Assembly (NCBI RefSeq): GCF_009914755.1
Contig: NC_060932.1
Source: the human T2T-CHM13v2.0 reference genome, Homo sapiens
Length of the DNA stretch: 64,000 nt
Direction: 5' to 3' (one strand)
The position numbers and the translations under genes were made by a program. This document shows, one piece after another, positions 1 to 16,230 of this stretch (positions are counted from its first letter, which is position 1; each line of letters begins with the position of its first letter). The notes under the pieces were generated by a model. It was not told the origin of the DNA. It did no database searches and saw nothing but the letters and a program-made list of their open reading frames with translations.

Positions 1-879
1 TATACTTTTTCTCTAGCTCCTTTGGCCCAAAATTTAGGCCCATGATGTCTTATAAAGGTATTTCCGGAGTACACAGCATGGTTGAACATCTACATTTCTT
101 TTTAATTAATTAATTAATTGGCAATATGTAAAAATCAGGGAATTTTACAGAAAATCCAGATCAATCGCTGTGGCTGAAATGGTGTCGCAACTCCATTTGA
201 CTGGAATGCGACACCAGTCGCATTGACTGGAAATGAGAAGCAGTCACTCTCTTTAGCAGGTTCACGCTCTCCTGCTTGGTACAGGGCCTGGTTTCACCAT
301 CCTTGCCTCCACTCCTCAAGTGCCTTCAGTCATTTAAGTTTGTGTCCCCAATTTTAGGACACAGGCATGCTTTTATAAATATTTTTCTTTTCACCACAAG
401 ACAAAACATAAGTCAAAGAAGCAGTTATTACATTAAAGTCATTTCTACAAAATTCCTGACAGTATATATTTTTTTAAAAGATCAGCTTAAATCTTTTCTT
501 GTTGAAGTTTCATAATTGCCGTGCTCTTCAAGGTCTCTGCAGAGGATCACTAGCAGCCAGTTCTCTCTGAGGTTTTGCCTTGAGAGGGAAGGAAAAGGAA
601 AGCAGAAAGAAAATTTTCACGAGGAAGAGTTAAGAAGGGACTAAAGTTTGGGAAATGGCATGGAATGACAATGGGAGATGAATGAATGAAGGAGAATAGA
701 CAGAGTGTTTCAAAACTGGGTACTTTTGAAAGTTATCCCCTTTTTTTTTTTGAAGTTCAAAATCATAATTCGTAGTTTGTACCTGAAAGAACAGTTTTTT
801 GAAAGCCCAGGGTCAACTCTGCCTTTCTCTTAAAAGCGTCATCAGGAAAGACCAAGTGTACCCTTAAGGGGAAAGAAAA

Positions 880-1085
880 TAGCAACAATTAGCATTTGAA
901 TGGGCTTCTTAAAGTTTATAGAGCTCTTTTACTTACCTTAACTCATTTGATCCTCACTGCAATCTAGTGAGTAGGTATTATTACCTTTCTATTATAGATA
1001 AAGATACCAAGCCTTAAAACTCCGTCTCACTCGCTCCAGGACACTTATCTATTAAGTAGGTAGAAGAATCTAACCACATCCTTTG
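880..1085 (-). mobile_element. MIR SINE fragment
   Basis: Reverse MIR core: 'actcatttgatcctcac...gtaggtattattacctttctattatagataaagatacc'. Confidence 0.6.
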
Positions 1086-1185
1086 CTCCTTCCATTCTCC
1101 GCAGTAGGTTATTGGCATAAAATTACGATGAATGCATACAGTTAAGCTGCATATTGGACTAGAGCTCATTGAGATTAAGAACACT

Positions 1186-1501
1186 GGCCGGGAGTGGTGG
1201 CTCATGCCTGTAATCCCAGCACTTTGGGAGGCCGAGGCGGGCGGATCACGAGATCAGGAGATCGAGACCATCCTGGCTAACACGGTGAAACTCCGTCTCT
1301 ACTAAAAATACAAAAAAAAAAAAAAAAAAAATCAGCCGGGCTTTGGCAGATGCCTGTAGTCCTAGCTAGCTACTCTGGAGGCTGAGGCAGGAGAATGGCG
1401 TGAACCAGGGAGGTAGAACTTGCAGTGAGCTGAGATCACGCCACTGCCTTCCAGCCTGGGCGACAGAGCGAGACACTGTCTCAAAAAAAAAAAAAAAAAA
1501 A
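1186..1501 (+). mobile_element. AluY, full length, expanded middle A-linker
   Basis: Y diagnostics 'gatcgagaccatcctggctaacacgg' and 'agaatggcgtgaac'; poly-A tail; TSD agattaaRaacact (1172-1185 / 1501-1514). Confidence 0.95.
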
Positions 1502-1769
1502 GATTAAAAACACTAACTTTTAGCTCTGAATCTCCATAAAAACACTTAGTAAATATGTAATTAATTTAATCTAGATATTACGTCTAACATAATTCTTTTT
1601 GTCACTGCAGTTAACTGTACTTAGGGAGGCTTCTATCTATTCTCAGCCCATCTTTGCTTGAAGTTAAGTTTATTTCTTCTATATTTATGCTTATTAAATA
1701 AATGATATATGAGTGGAGAACCAATGGCAACTTTGTTGCCTTCTAGTTTTTTGTCCTGTTTCTAATGAG

Positions 1770-1815
1770 GGTGTGTGTATTGTGTGTGTGTGCATATTGT
1801 GTGTGTGTGCATATG
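1770..1815. repeat. Interrupted (TG)n microsatellite
   Basis: gtgtgtgtattgtgtgtgtgtgcatattgtgtgtgtgtgc. Confidence 0.8.
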
Positions 1816-1916
1816 TATGGGGTAGAGGGAGATTGAAGCCAAAAATTGAGCTTTATAGATATGCATGCCTTTACCCTTATTAGAATTTGGCCTATAGCTG
1901 TTCTTTTCCATGATTA

Positions 1917-2440
<524 letters not shown>

Positions 2441-4059
2441 GTGAGGAGAGGCCCTTGTCTCCCAACCCTCATTCAATCTGTGTCTTCTATTTCTTCATAT
2501 GGACAATTAATATTTTCTAATAATTAATAAATTTATGTGCACACAATGGAAATTTCTTAGATCCCATTTCTTCCTAAATTGCCATCCTTAGGGCTCTTCT
2601 GTAGAAATTTTGGAGTCTGGATTTTCTGTACTCCCCATATGGAAGCTCAGAGACATATAACTGTGCATCTTCCTATGGCTGCCACCCGGGGCTCCTGAGA
2701 AATTACCCCTCTCATACGGCTGTGTCAAGGATCTCATTATAAAACCACACATGGATCTAGAAGTATCCTTAGAAGTTCTGAGTTTGGCAAAATCACATTG
2801 TACTTGTGCTGCTCTTTGGGCTTAAATTCTTATCCCTTTCCCACACCTCGTTGATAAAATTGCATAACATTTAGCAAATGTTTACCATGTGCCAAGTGTT
2901 TTGCATACGTTGTCTCTAATCCTCATAAAACCCATGCAAAAATATAATTATCCCTGAGTTATAGTGACAGAATTTAGATTCAGAAAGGATGAATAGTTAG
3001 TTCCAGAATGGGATTTGACTCCAACTCTGCTGCATTCCCAATCATGTGTTTTTCCTAATATATCATGCTATTGCAGCTTTCTGGTCTTTTTCTGGCTACA
3101 ATTAACATCTGTGGACCCAAAGCAATTCATCACCAATAAAAAACAGAGCAATCAGCAGATGCTTCTTCCCCAGAATTGAGGTCTATCTAGCTTGCTCACT
3201 GACTGTCCTGCCTCAGGCCTCCCTGCCTCTCTCTGTTTTACATGAAGAGACCCAACCTATTCCTGGGCATGGTGCTTGGATCCTCTGCAAGAGCTGGATT
3301 CTGGCATTGGCTGTCATGGGTTCATTCTTAACGCACTTTGCATAATGATCAGTATGATCAATAACCAGCAGTTAACAGGAATTTCCTAGGACACTCCATT
3401 TCACTCATGTTTCATCACATAGGTCCTCATATAGAAAATGCCAATCTTTTTCCATGCCATTCCAGATTTTTGAACAGGAGTAAACCCTATAAAATTATTT
3501 CCTCTGACACTTTACTTTGTAGATGACTAAACCAAGGCTTAGCGAGGTGACATGACTTTATTCACATGTGCTGAGTAGACAGTGGAGGAGGACTAGAATG
3601 CAGGTCTCTCAGCTCACCACACAGACCTCTTTCCAGAAACCACACTGAATCCAGAGGACTCCTGTGCAGCTTTTGCCCAGGTGAGTCATCTCTGCCTCTC
3701 TCCTAGCCCCCCTGAACCAACAGCCAACATGGCCATGAGATTTTTCCCAGTCTGAGTGGAAAGCCTGATGAATGATGAACGTTGATCCAGAGCCCACTGT
3801 CCCTTATCAAACTGGAAGGTACCCTGCTGTCAGACAACCTGGTTAGCAATCCAAACAGCAGGGGTCAGCGGGTCCTGTCAACTAGAGACAGTCGTCCTGC
3901 TGGCAAGCTAAGAGCCTGGAGGCAGTTACATTTGTGTATCTTGTCTCAGAAACAAACTTCCAAATGATCTGAAGCCAAAACTTACTGAACTGCAGAGCAA
4001 ACAGTGCAGGGCTCTAGTTTAGACATTTTCCTTGTCACTGAGAATTTTGAGGTTGGTTT

Positions 4060-4092
4060 AAAACAAACAAACAAACAAACAAACAAACAAAA
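4060..4092. repeat. (AAAC)n microsatellite
   Basis: About 8 AAAC units. Confidence 0.9.
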
Positions 4093-4362
4093 ACTAGGGG
4101 AGCAGGAGTGACGGTAGCTGGAACTCCATTGGAAGAAAGTTGGGTGAGAGAAGAGCCCAGTAGAAGACTTGCTTTTCATCCGTGACTGGGGACTTGGGCT
4201 GTATTCAGGTGGACCTCATTTTAACTGCGGGATGCTGGAGAGTCAGGTCACCTCTTCAGGCCATAACTTTTTCAGTGACAGAACGAGGAGCTCAGGCCAA
4301 GCCATCACTAAGATCTTTTCAGCTCTTGTGAGATAAACCAGATAAATTAAAAAATTTAGCCA

Positions 4363-5254
4363 TATAACCTAAAATGTATCTGAGACATGTCTCAATCAAT
4401 TTAGACGTTTATTTTGCCAAGGTTAGGGATCACTTGGCAAGGCCAGTGAGGTTCTGAGCACATACGCCCAAGGTGGTTGGGTTACAGCTTGGTTTTATAC
4501 ATTTTAGGGAGACAGAAGTTACAGACAAACACATCAATTAATATATTTAAGGTATTTATTGGTTTGGCCCAGAAAGGTCAGACATCTAAAAGTAGGTGGG
4601 GGAAAGATGGGGGTGGGCATGGGGCTTCCAGGTCATAGGTGGATTAGAAGATTTCCTGATTGGCAATTGGTTGAGTTAAGCTCTGCTTGAAGAATTGAAT
4701 TCAGTATAAAAAATGCTTGCGTTTAGACAAGGGAGTTGTGGAAGCCAGGGTTCTTGTCATGTAGATGAAGCCTCCAAGTAGCAAGTTTCAGAGAGAAGAG
4801 ATAGTGAATGTCTCTTATCAGAACTTAAATGTGTCAGATTCTCTGGAAAAGACTTGGTGAAGGAAGGAGATTCTTACAGAATGCAAATTTCCCCCACAAG
4901 AGATAATTTGCAGGGCTATTTCAGAATATGTCAAAGAAATATGTTTTGGGGTAAAATACTTTGATTTTCTTCAGGGCCTACCATCTGTCACATGATCCTA
5001 AACCAGAGTCAGGTTGGAACTCAGTGTCTTATTGCTACGGAGTCTGTTTTGTTCATTTTAAGATATCTGTTTTAATGTTAATGCTGGTAAGTTGTGTCTA
5101 AACTCCAAAAGGAAGAGGCTATAATGCTGTATATTCGCCCCCTGATTCCTGTCATGGCCTGAACTAATTTTTCAGGCTTCTTTGGGGAATCTTTTGCAAA
5201 AAGAGGGGTCCATTCAGTTGGCTGGGGAGCTTAGAATTTTATCTTTGGTTTACG
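4363..5254 (-). mobile_element. MER4-family ERV1 solo LTR (~890 bp)
   Basis: 'tctgagacatgtctcaatcaatttagacgtttattttgccaagg' at one end and 'cttagaattttatctttggtttac' at the other match MER4 termini. Confidence 0.85.
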
Positions 5255-5501
5255 ACCAGTATCTTCCACCTACATTTCATTTTCACTCACACCCTGCATG
5301 TGCCCCTTCAAACCTCCAAACCCTTTGTCCCTTCCTAGCCTCTCTCACCTTCCTGACAAACCTAAACAACTCATCAATATTCTCAGACGCCATACCGTAA
5401 CATCATCCTTATGTCCCAACAGCTTCGTTAATTCCTGTTATCTGACCAGTTTAGTTACCTATTCCTGAGAAGCTAAGTCTTAGTGGAAAAAAAAAAGATT
5501 T

Positions 5502-5975
<474 letters not shown>

Positions 5976-6554
5976 TCTAATGTCAATCATGAATCTGTTT
6001 TGAAAATGTTAAGTTTGAAATTCTTACCCTATAACCAAGTAATGATGATGATAATTTAAATAAATATACAGCCTATGATTCTAATAAAAGGGTCTGTTTA
6101 GAGATGTAGATTTGGGAGTCATTGGGGGATAGCTTATAGTTAAGGCTTTTTGTGTCAAATTATATCAATTTCCTTTCCTTCCATGTAAAATGTAACCTAA
6201 TTTTCACCCATCCTAACTTTCTTTATACTAGTCTAACAAGCCTTTTTCCTTTCCAGTATCGCATATTTTCACAACCCGTATTTCCTAATGCAGCCTCTAT
6301 AGCCACATTTAACTCACATCTCATCTTCAATATGTCGACCCTATGTCTAAATTGTTTCTTGTGTCTGATTTTTTATTACAGGTGTAGACATCACTATTTA
6401 CTGCTTTTCCTTAGCTAAAAAGCTCATTCATCATTGATTCTTTCATTGCTTCCACCTGTGGCATTCAACTGGTTGTCAGCTTTTGCCATATATGGCCTTA
6501 CAGTGATTCTCATATCTAACCTCCTCTGTTTTTCTCATGACCTCCCAAATCTTA

Positions 6555-6597
6555 AGCTTGAGTCTGGTGCCTTAGACCACTCAGCCATCCTGACACT
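6555..6597 (-). pseudogene. Tail-less tRNA-Leu(CAA) 5'-half retropseudogene
   Basis: Minus strand reads agt-GTCAGGATGGCTGAGTGGTCTAAGGCACCAGACTCAAG-ct: tRNA-Leu-CAA 5' half with two CpG-type changes; 17-bp TSD tgacctcYcaaatctta at 6538-6554 and 6598-6614. Confidence 0.9.
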
Positions 6598-7052
6598 TGA
6601 CCTCTCAAATCTTATTCAGAATTATATAGCTAACAGTTGACTCCACCAGTCTCCCCATTCACCCTAAATTGCAATTCTGCCAGCCTGTGTTCCATTCCAG
6701 AAGCATGCCACTTTCCAGGTATTTAAAATTCCCTAGCCTCACATGTGTTTAAATTCCACTGGTACTTCAAGAATTATCTCCAGTATTACCTTTTCTGGGA
6801 TACCTTCCTTGACTCCAACTCAAAATTAATTTCTGCTATCCACTAATTTTATAGCACTCTGTTTATCTATGTTTGTGTTTGGCATAGCCTGACTTTATAT
6901 CCTGGTATGCATACCTATGTGTTTCCTTCTCTCTTTGGTGTAAGATCTTTAAGGATATAAATCATTCTTACTCATCATTGTCTCTTCAAGAACCAACAGG
7001 GTAACTGGCAACTAGGTATCCATTAAATACTGATCAATTTAAGTTATATATG

Positions 7053-7428
7053 TGATATGTCTTGGCTGTGTCCCCACCCAGATCTCATCTTGAATTGTAG
7101 TTTCCATAATCCCCACATGTTGTGGAAGAAACCAGGTGGAGATAATTGAATCATAGGGGCGGTTTTCCCCATCCTCTTTTCATGACAGTGAGTTAGTTCT
7201 CATGAGATCTGATGGTTTTATAGGGGCTTCCCCCTTCGCTAGGCACTCATTCTTCTCCTTCCTGCCACCATGTGAAGAAGTATGTGTTTGCTTCCCCTTC
7301 TGCCATGATTGTAAGTTTCCTGAGGCCTCCCCAACCCTGCAGAAATGTGAGTCGATTAAACCTCTTTCCATTATAAATTACCCAGAATCAGGCATGTCCT
7401 TATAGTAGCATGAGATCAGACTAACATG
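7053..7428 (+). mobile_element. THE1 (THE1D-like) MaLR solo LTR
   Basis: 'tgatatgtcttggctgtgtccccaccca...gccatgattgtaagtttcctgaggcctcccc...gactaa'; 5-bp TSD atatg. Confidence 0.9.
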
Positions 7429-8679
7429 ATATGTAATTTGGTTTTTTGTAATAGATATTTCCTAAATAATGTGACATTCCCAATTCCTTACTAAATTGTT
7501 CTTTCTCATAGTTAAGTAAGGTTTATCCAGCTGGCTCCATGCTTGGAAAGAAAACACAAATCCTGGCCAGAAGCCCCTTTAGTGTCTAGAATAGCTTGAT
7601 TGACGTACCATTCCACCATCTATGAGAAAAGTGGGCTCTCTCTTTTACTTTGAAGAGGTGTCTTATCAAAAACATTTCTGAGGGATTACCCATCAACTTC
7701 AGAACCTTTTATTATTTCCTCTGTGGACTGATTCCAAATTATCCCCCCAACAATTTTCTTGTAGACTTTTCACCTGATAGTCACTAGGTATTCTACAGTC
7801 ACCCTCACTATGAGAAGAATAAGTGCTGAAAGTAAGACAGAGGTCACACTCCCAGAAGTAAGGACTTATTCATGCAATAGGCATTGTGATTAAGTGCTCA
7901 TTGTATATAGAGTAGAATACTAAATGCTGTGGAGGATCACAGGAGAAATAAAAGATGAAGGCTCTGTCTTCATTTATTTTACAAAATGAATTTGTAGGGG
8001 AGACAAAGACAACATAGATTAAAAACTTGAGAATGACAGTGTATTAGCAAATTATGAAATGTACTTATAATGTAAGTAATGCGAAGGATGGTATTTGAAA
8101 ACTGGATCCCATCTCAAGGTGATTTGTTCTTTTTTCTTATGTCTTATGCTATGCCCATTTGTCTGCCTGTCCCAGTGCTTCTCCCTTTTACCAACATCAA
8201 GTTTATTTTAGATTCTTCCAGAAGACTTCTTTGGCTATTCCAGCCAACAGTTGTGCTCCACTTTTCAACACTATAGCATTTATTGTCTATTACTCTCAGT
8301 TGGCTGACATCACATAATTCCTTATTATCTTATCCATATGCCAGTAAGAATTGTCACTGTATACTGAGGTCCTATTGTGAGGGCAACTATGCGTTAAGCA
8401 TGGCACACGGATTATTTCATGTAAATGCCGCAAGACCCTATGAGGTATAATTGTTTTGACTGTTATTTTACAAATGGAGAAACAAAACTATTTAATATAC
8501 CCCAAACTCCATAGATTTGAATTCCGGTCAATCTAAATCCTAAAAACATACCCTAAATGTATTTCTCTGGAATAGTTCTTGGCATTTTTTGGTGGTAAGG
8601 GAGCATGTCACTCATCCCACTGAAAATTTAATAAGTTTAATTGCCATTTCTCTCAACATATGATTGCATCTTTTGGGTA

Positions 8680-9990
<1,311 letters not shown>

Positions 9991-10424
9991 TGATGTCTCA
10001 TCACCCACATGAAAACCCAGTTCCCTGGGCTCTCACGGACCTACCCAATCTCATTCTTGGGTCCTTTCAGTCTTTCTCTATGACCCTTCCCAATTTTTCC
10101 CTGAGCAATATCCTAAATAATCCACTGGCATCAGTTCTAACTTAGTGTATCTGCTAGGCAGGTCAGGAAGGACTGCTCAGACTCACCAGAAGATGATTTC
10201 TTCATCCCTAAGTGCCAACTCTCTAGACTTGTTTGGAAGTCTCCCAACATGGCGTGTGGTTTCAGTCACCACTCTGTACCTCTGCCTGTGCCATCTCCTT
10301 CACCTCCTGCCTTCTCTCCTCCCTTCTGCATCATGAATCTGCCACTTCCTTCTAAAATGCAATTGGGAAGGTGATCTCCTGAGTGACTGCGTCAATGACT
10401 GTGGGGGCAGTTCCCAAAGGCAGG

Positions 10425-10835
10425 GAGGAGCAAGCTCTCTGGTGACTCTTTTTTTTGAGACAGTCTTGCCCTGTTGCCCAGGCTGAAGTGCAGTGGTGCG
10501 ATCTCAGCTCACTGAAACCTCCACCTCCTGGGTTCAAGTGATTCTCCTGCTTCAGTCTCCTGAGTAGCTGGAATTACAGGCAACTGCTACCATGCCCAGC
10601 TGATTTTTTGTATTTTTAGTAGAGATGGGTTTTCACCATGTTGGCCAGGCTGGTCTTGAGCCCTGAACCTCAGGGGATCCACCCACCTTGGCCTCCCAAA
10701 GTGTTAGGATTATAGGCGTGAGCCACCACCCCCAGCTGACTCTTCTGACAATGGCACTAATCCTAGCTGACTTATGCTTCACCCTCATGATGTCATCTAA
10801 CTGTAATTTCCTCCCTAAAGTCCCACTCCCAAATG
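10425..10835 (-). mobile_element. Short MLT1A-like LTR fragment split by an Alu
   Basis: 'gaggagcaagctctctggtgactctt' [Alu] 'ctgacaatggcactaatcc...cccaaat'. Confidence 0.7.
10449..10736 (-). mobile_element. AluS (Sx-like)
   Basis: Full reverse Alu; TSD tgactctt. Confidence 0.92.
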
Positions 10836-11531
10836 TAATTTGACTGTTAACTGAAGAATCACTTCATAAGTGCACAGCCTCCCAGAGTGACTGAAGGATA
10901 GCAAGTATTTGGTTGCTTTTTTTCTGGCATGTTTATTTTTGAAATAATCCATCATTTCCTCAAAGCCATTTCCAATTATACACACAAATAAATTTATCTT
11001 TTTTTCTTAATGACCACAGTACTTTATCTGTGCCTGACTGACAACCCTGACTACTTTTTATCTTTTATTATAAATTTTTGTCTGTAAATCTTATCTCTCC
11101 TGTTAAGCAGTAAGCCCTCTATCTAATCTACCTTTATATATCTCAAATAATCTTAACAAATATATCAGTCTCCCATGAAAGAAATGAATGAAAATGAATA
11201 AAACAATAGATAACATATCAGATACTTAGTATGTTCTCTGCATTATGATAAGCACTTTGCATGTATTATTTAATATATACATGCAAAGCATTCTAAATGG
11301 ATTCCATTAGTAACCCCACTACACAAATGAAGAAACAGAGACTGAGAGGTTTTAAAAAAATACCAATATGTCCAAAGTCACATGACTGTAACGATCAAAA
11401 CCAGTTTTGCATCTGGGGCTATCACACAGCCAGTAAGCTTCACTTCTGTGCTCTTAAGCCTCCCTACAAACAGCCCTGTAAGAGACAGCAATGAATATAG
11501 GAAAGCCTCTGGTTTGGCAATCAACTCTTGC

Positions 11532-12224
<693 letters not shown>

Positions 12225-12390
12225 TAAACCATCAACATTTACTTTCTTACAGTTCTGGAGGCTGGAAATCCCAGATCAAGGTGTCAGCAGGTCAGGTTTC
12301 TCCGGAGACCTCTCTCTTTGGTTTGCATACAGCCATCTTCTCACTGTGTCCTCACAAAGCCTTTTCTCTGTGCATGCTCACCCCTGGGCC
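12225..12390 (-). mobile_element. MLT1 (A/B-like) LTR fragment
   Basis: 'cttacagttctggaggctggaaatcccagatcaaggtgtcagcagg...gccatcttctcactgtgtcctcaca'. Confidence 0.75.
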
Positions 12391-13230
12391 TATAACACTT
12401 GTAATTAAAATAAACAAATAAACAAACAAACAAAAACCTGAATGTTTAACCCAGTTCTTCCTGCTGAGAAAACGCAGGAAATCATTTGCCTCTCAGCCTT
12501 AGTCTTCTAAACTGTAAAATAAGAGATGTTATAGGTGGGTTTGAAGGTTGCTTTTACTCTATGATTTTGTGTGCTATCAAACTTGTTTACCATATTTCCT
12601 TATTACAAACACCCCCTTGCAGAGATTCCTTACCGAACTTCCTATGTGATCTAGTTAAGCTCACCTCTATACCTTTACATTCTATCTTTCCAATTCAAAG
12701 CACCTTGTCCCTTGCTCTTGACTGGTCCAGCTCTACTCTCCTTAAAGACACCACTTCCATCCTACCTTTCCTTGAAGGCCATGCCAGCCCACGCTAATCA
12801 CCATCCACTCAGAGAAACAGCACTTTCTCTTTTACATTGTTCTCTAGTCATTTATTGCATGTTGTTTTGCAGTGGCATTTGAAATAGAAGCTCCTTAAGT
12901 TTAAAAATTGTGCCCTTTTTAAATGTTCTACTTCACGTACCACAACCATGGACGCACTATAAAAACTCATTTACATTTGATTATTTACTTGGGGAAAAAA
13001 ATACCTGATGCTTAATGAAGAGAGAACACTGTGGGAAAATCTAAAGAGTTTACAGGATTAGTTAGAAGCTTTGGTATGACATTGTCCAAGGTCACGGTAT
13101 ATCAGGAAATCAGAATGGGTTTTATTGAAATCATGGCCCATAGGGTAGACCTCAGTAAATGTCTTCTGTTGACACAGCTGGATAATATAAGACAGAATGA
13201 GATCCATGTCTATTAAAATCAGCATTCCTT

Positions 13231-13582
13231 ACTACACAGCCATACAAAAGAGGGAGATCATGTTCTTTGCAGGAACATAGATGGAGCTGGATACCATCAC
13301 CCTTAGCAAACTAACCTAGGAACGGAAAACCAAATACTGCATGTTCTCACTTACAAGTGGGAGCTAAACGATGAGAACACATGGACACATAGAGGGGAGA
13401 AACACTGGGGCCTACTTGAGGGTGGTGGGTGAGAAGAGGAAGATCAGAAAAAATAACTGTTGGGTACCAGGCTTAGTATATGGGTGATGAAATAATCAGT
13501 ACAACAAGCCCCCATGACATGAGTTCACTTAAATAATAAACCTGCACATGTACCTCTGAACCTAAAATAAAAGTTAAAAAAA
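13231..13582 (+). mobile_element. 5'-truncated L1 3' end (older L1PA-like)
   Basis: 'catgttctcacttacaagtgggagctaaacgatgagaacacatggacac...cctgcacatgtacc', poly-A; 16-bp TSD aaaatcaRcattcctt after TT (TT|AAAA site). Confidence 0.92.
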
Positions 13583-14270
13583 AAAATCAACATTCCTTGA
13601 AAAAAAAAACTGGCTTTTTTTTTTAAAGGAAAAAAACAACATCAAAACCCCCAAAACAAGTAACCTACAGCAATAACACAACAATGACAAAGCCTGTCTA
13701 CCAAGAAAAATGTCAGGAAAATTATAGTTAAAGCAGTGACAAGCACAGATTTTCTTTCCCAAACATGATCACTGTAGAGGGAGGACTGACAGGCTGGGCT
13801 GTTTGAACAAGCTGGTGCTTGGGTCATTTCTCTTTAGTCCTGTCTGGTTGGACACTAGTCCACGATTCGTAGTCTCCTCTCAAAATACAATCACCTCCAT
13901 CTCCTCCTCTCTTCAATTCATTCTTGGATGTCACCCTCACTTCCTGCTTCACCAAGAAAAAAAAAACTAAGAGAAAGGAACTGACTCAACTTGCATAGTT
14001 CTCCTTTCTCTGCTGCCTCCTCAGGGACTCCCTCCCTCAATTATCCCCCAGATCTCAGGTATGATCACCTCTCCCATCCTATTCTCTCTCCTAACAGCAC
14101 TTAAATAATTTCAAAATCTCTTTTATCTGAATAGAAAAAAAAATCCCTGCATCTCATTTTTCCTACTCCACCTCTTCTGACCTTCCATGCCAAACTGCAT
14201 TAAAAATTGAACTCTCTCTGTTGTCTCTCTCCTTACCTCCCATTACCTAGTTAACCAGTTGCAGTCTGCT

Positions 14271-14434
14271 TCATGACATCATGAACCCTGAGATAATAAA
14301 CAGTGTTCTCAAGGTCATTAAGCACCTATTTTGTTGTCAGATTCTGTAGAGCTTGGAAGTGGCTTTGAGCTCAGATGCTCTCGGGTGTGATGCCTAGCTC
14401 CTCTGTTTACCAGCTGCTTGACCCTGTGCAGTTG
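14271..14434 (+). repeat. Donor copy of a ~165-bp dispersed direct duplication (L2-like/MIR junction)
   Basis: Aligns colinearly with 16453-16617. Confidence 0.9.
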
Positions 14435-14749
14435 CTTAACTTTAAACTTCACTTCCCACCTATGTAAAATGAATATAACAAATCCTCCATCAGAGGACTG
14501 CCCTGATAATTAGGTGAGGAAATGTGTCTAATGACCTTGGCCTGATTCCTTTCTGGTGTGTGAGCATGTACTGAGGGCTTACTACTGTTGATTTCTCTAC
14601 ACCTTTGATCCTGTTGCTGCCTTCCTCCTTCTTGACCTCCTGTCTCTTCTTAACTTCTAATGTCATGGGTTGTTTCTGCAATGCTAATCATATCCTTCTC
14701 CAATGGTTCCTAACAAATTTAGAAATGTAATAGAAATCAAATCGGAGTC

Positions 14750-15380
<631 letters not shown>

Positions 15381-16011
15381 TCAGAGTGAATATGTTAGCT
15401 TAATTGCAGGTAAACCTGTATTAGGGACTTCAGGTATGGCAAAACTGAGACTTCTATCACTTTCCTCAAAGTCTAAAGGAGTTTGGACCCACATGAAATC
15501 ATAGCTACATCTGACCCAGCCAGTTACACTTTTCAGTACAGACCTCACCACCTTCCTCCCTCTTTCTCATCACAGGCAGCTTGCACTAATTTTTTTTCTT
15601 AGAATCTTTTTATCTAAATCACTTTGTTTAGTTGTTTAAGAAACATTGTACATATGCACAACCTGCCAAGGCAGATTTTCCCACACTTTTTATGTTGTGC
15701 AAAAAATTCTGTAAACACCTTTAAACTAGGTTTTCATGGCTGAAATGCGATACATTTTGACCTCTATTCTCTTGTTTTGTTTTTGCAAGTCATGGGAAAA
15801 TACTGATGTAACAGCTTGTTCTTTTCAGAAATTATGCTGATGGAGCTCTGATCTTTCAGCCATAGGCTGGGTCTGGCTCCAGCCAATGTACAGCAGCTTC
15901 CCCTTACCCACAGGGGATATTTCCCAGGCCCCCAGTAGACACTGAAATGTCTACTGTGAATGACATCGAGCCCTATATATACTACGTTTTTTACTACACA
16001 TACATATCTAT

Positions 16012-16230
16012 TGCTATGGTTTGGATATGATTTGTTAGGCCCGATCAAATCTCATGTCACAATTTGATCCGCAATGTTGGACGGGGGGCCAGATAGGAAG
16101 TGTTTGGATTCTGGCGGAGGATGCTTCATGAATGGCTTGGTGCCATTCTCCTGGGAGCGAGTGAGTTCTCACTCAGTTCTAGTGAGAACTGGTTTTTTCG
16201 GAGTCTGACACCTCCTCTTATCTTTTTCTT
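16012..16230 (+). mobile_element. 5' half of MST (MSTB/C-like) MaLR LTR
   Basis: 'tgctatggtttggatatg...aaatctcatg...gaatggcttggtgccattctc...gagtgagttctcactc'. Confidence 0.8.

Noticed and set aside
105-330. Named hAT-Charlie element
   Set aside because: Resembles an ancient DNA transposon fragment but is too diverged to name or bound reliably by eye.
6555-6597. Functional tRNA-Leu gene
   Set aside because: Only the 5' half is present: no T-arm/B-box, no 3' acceptor strand and no terminator.
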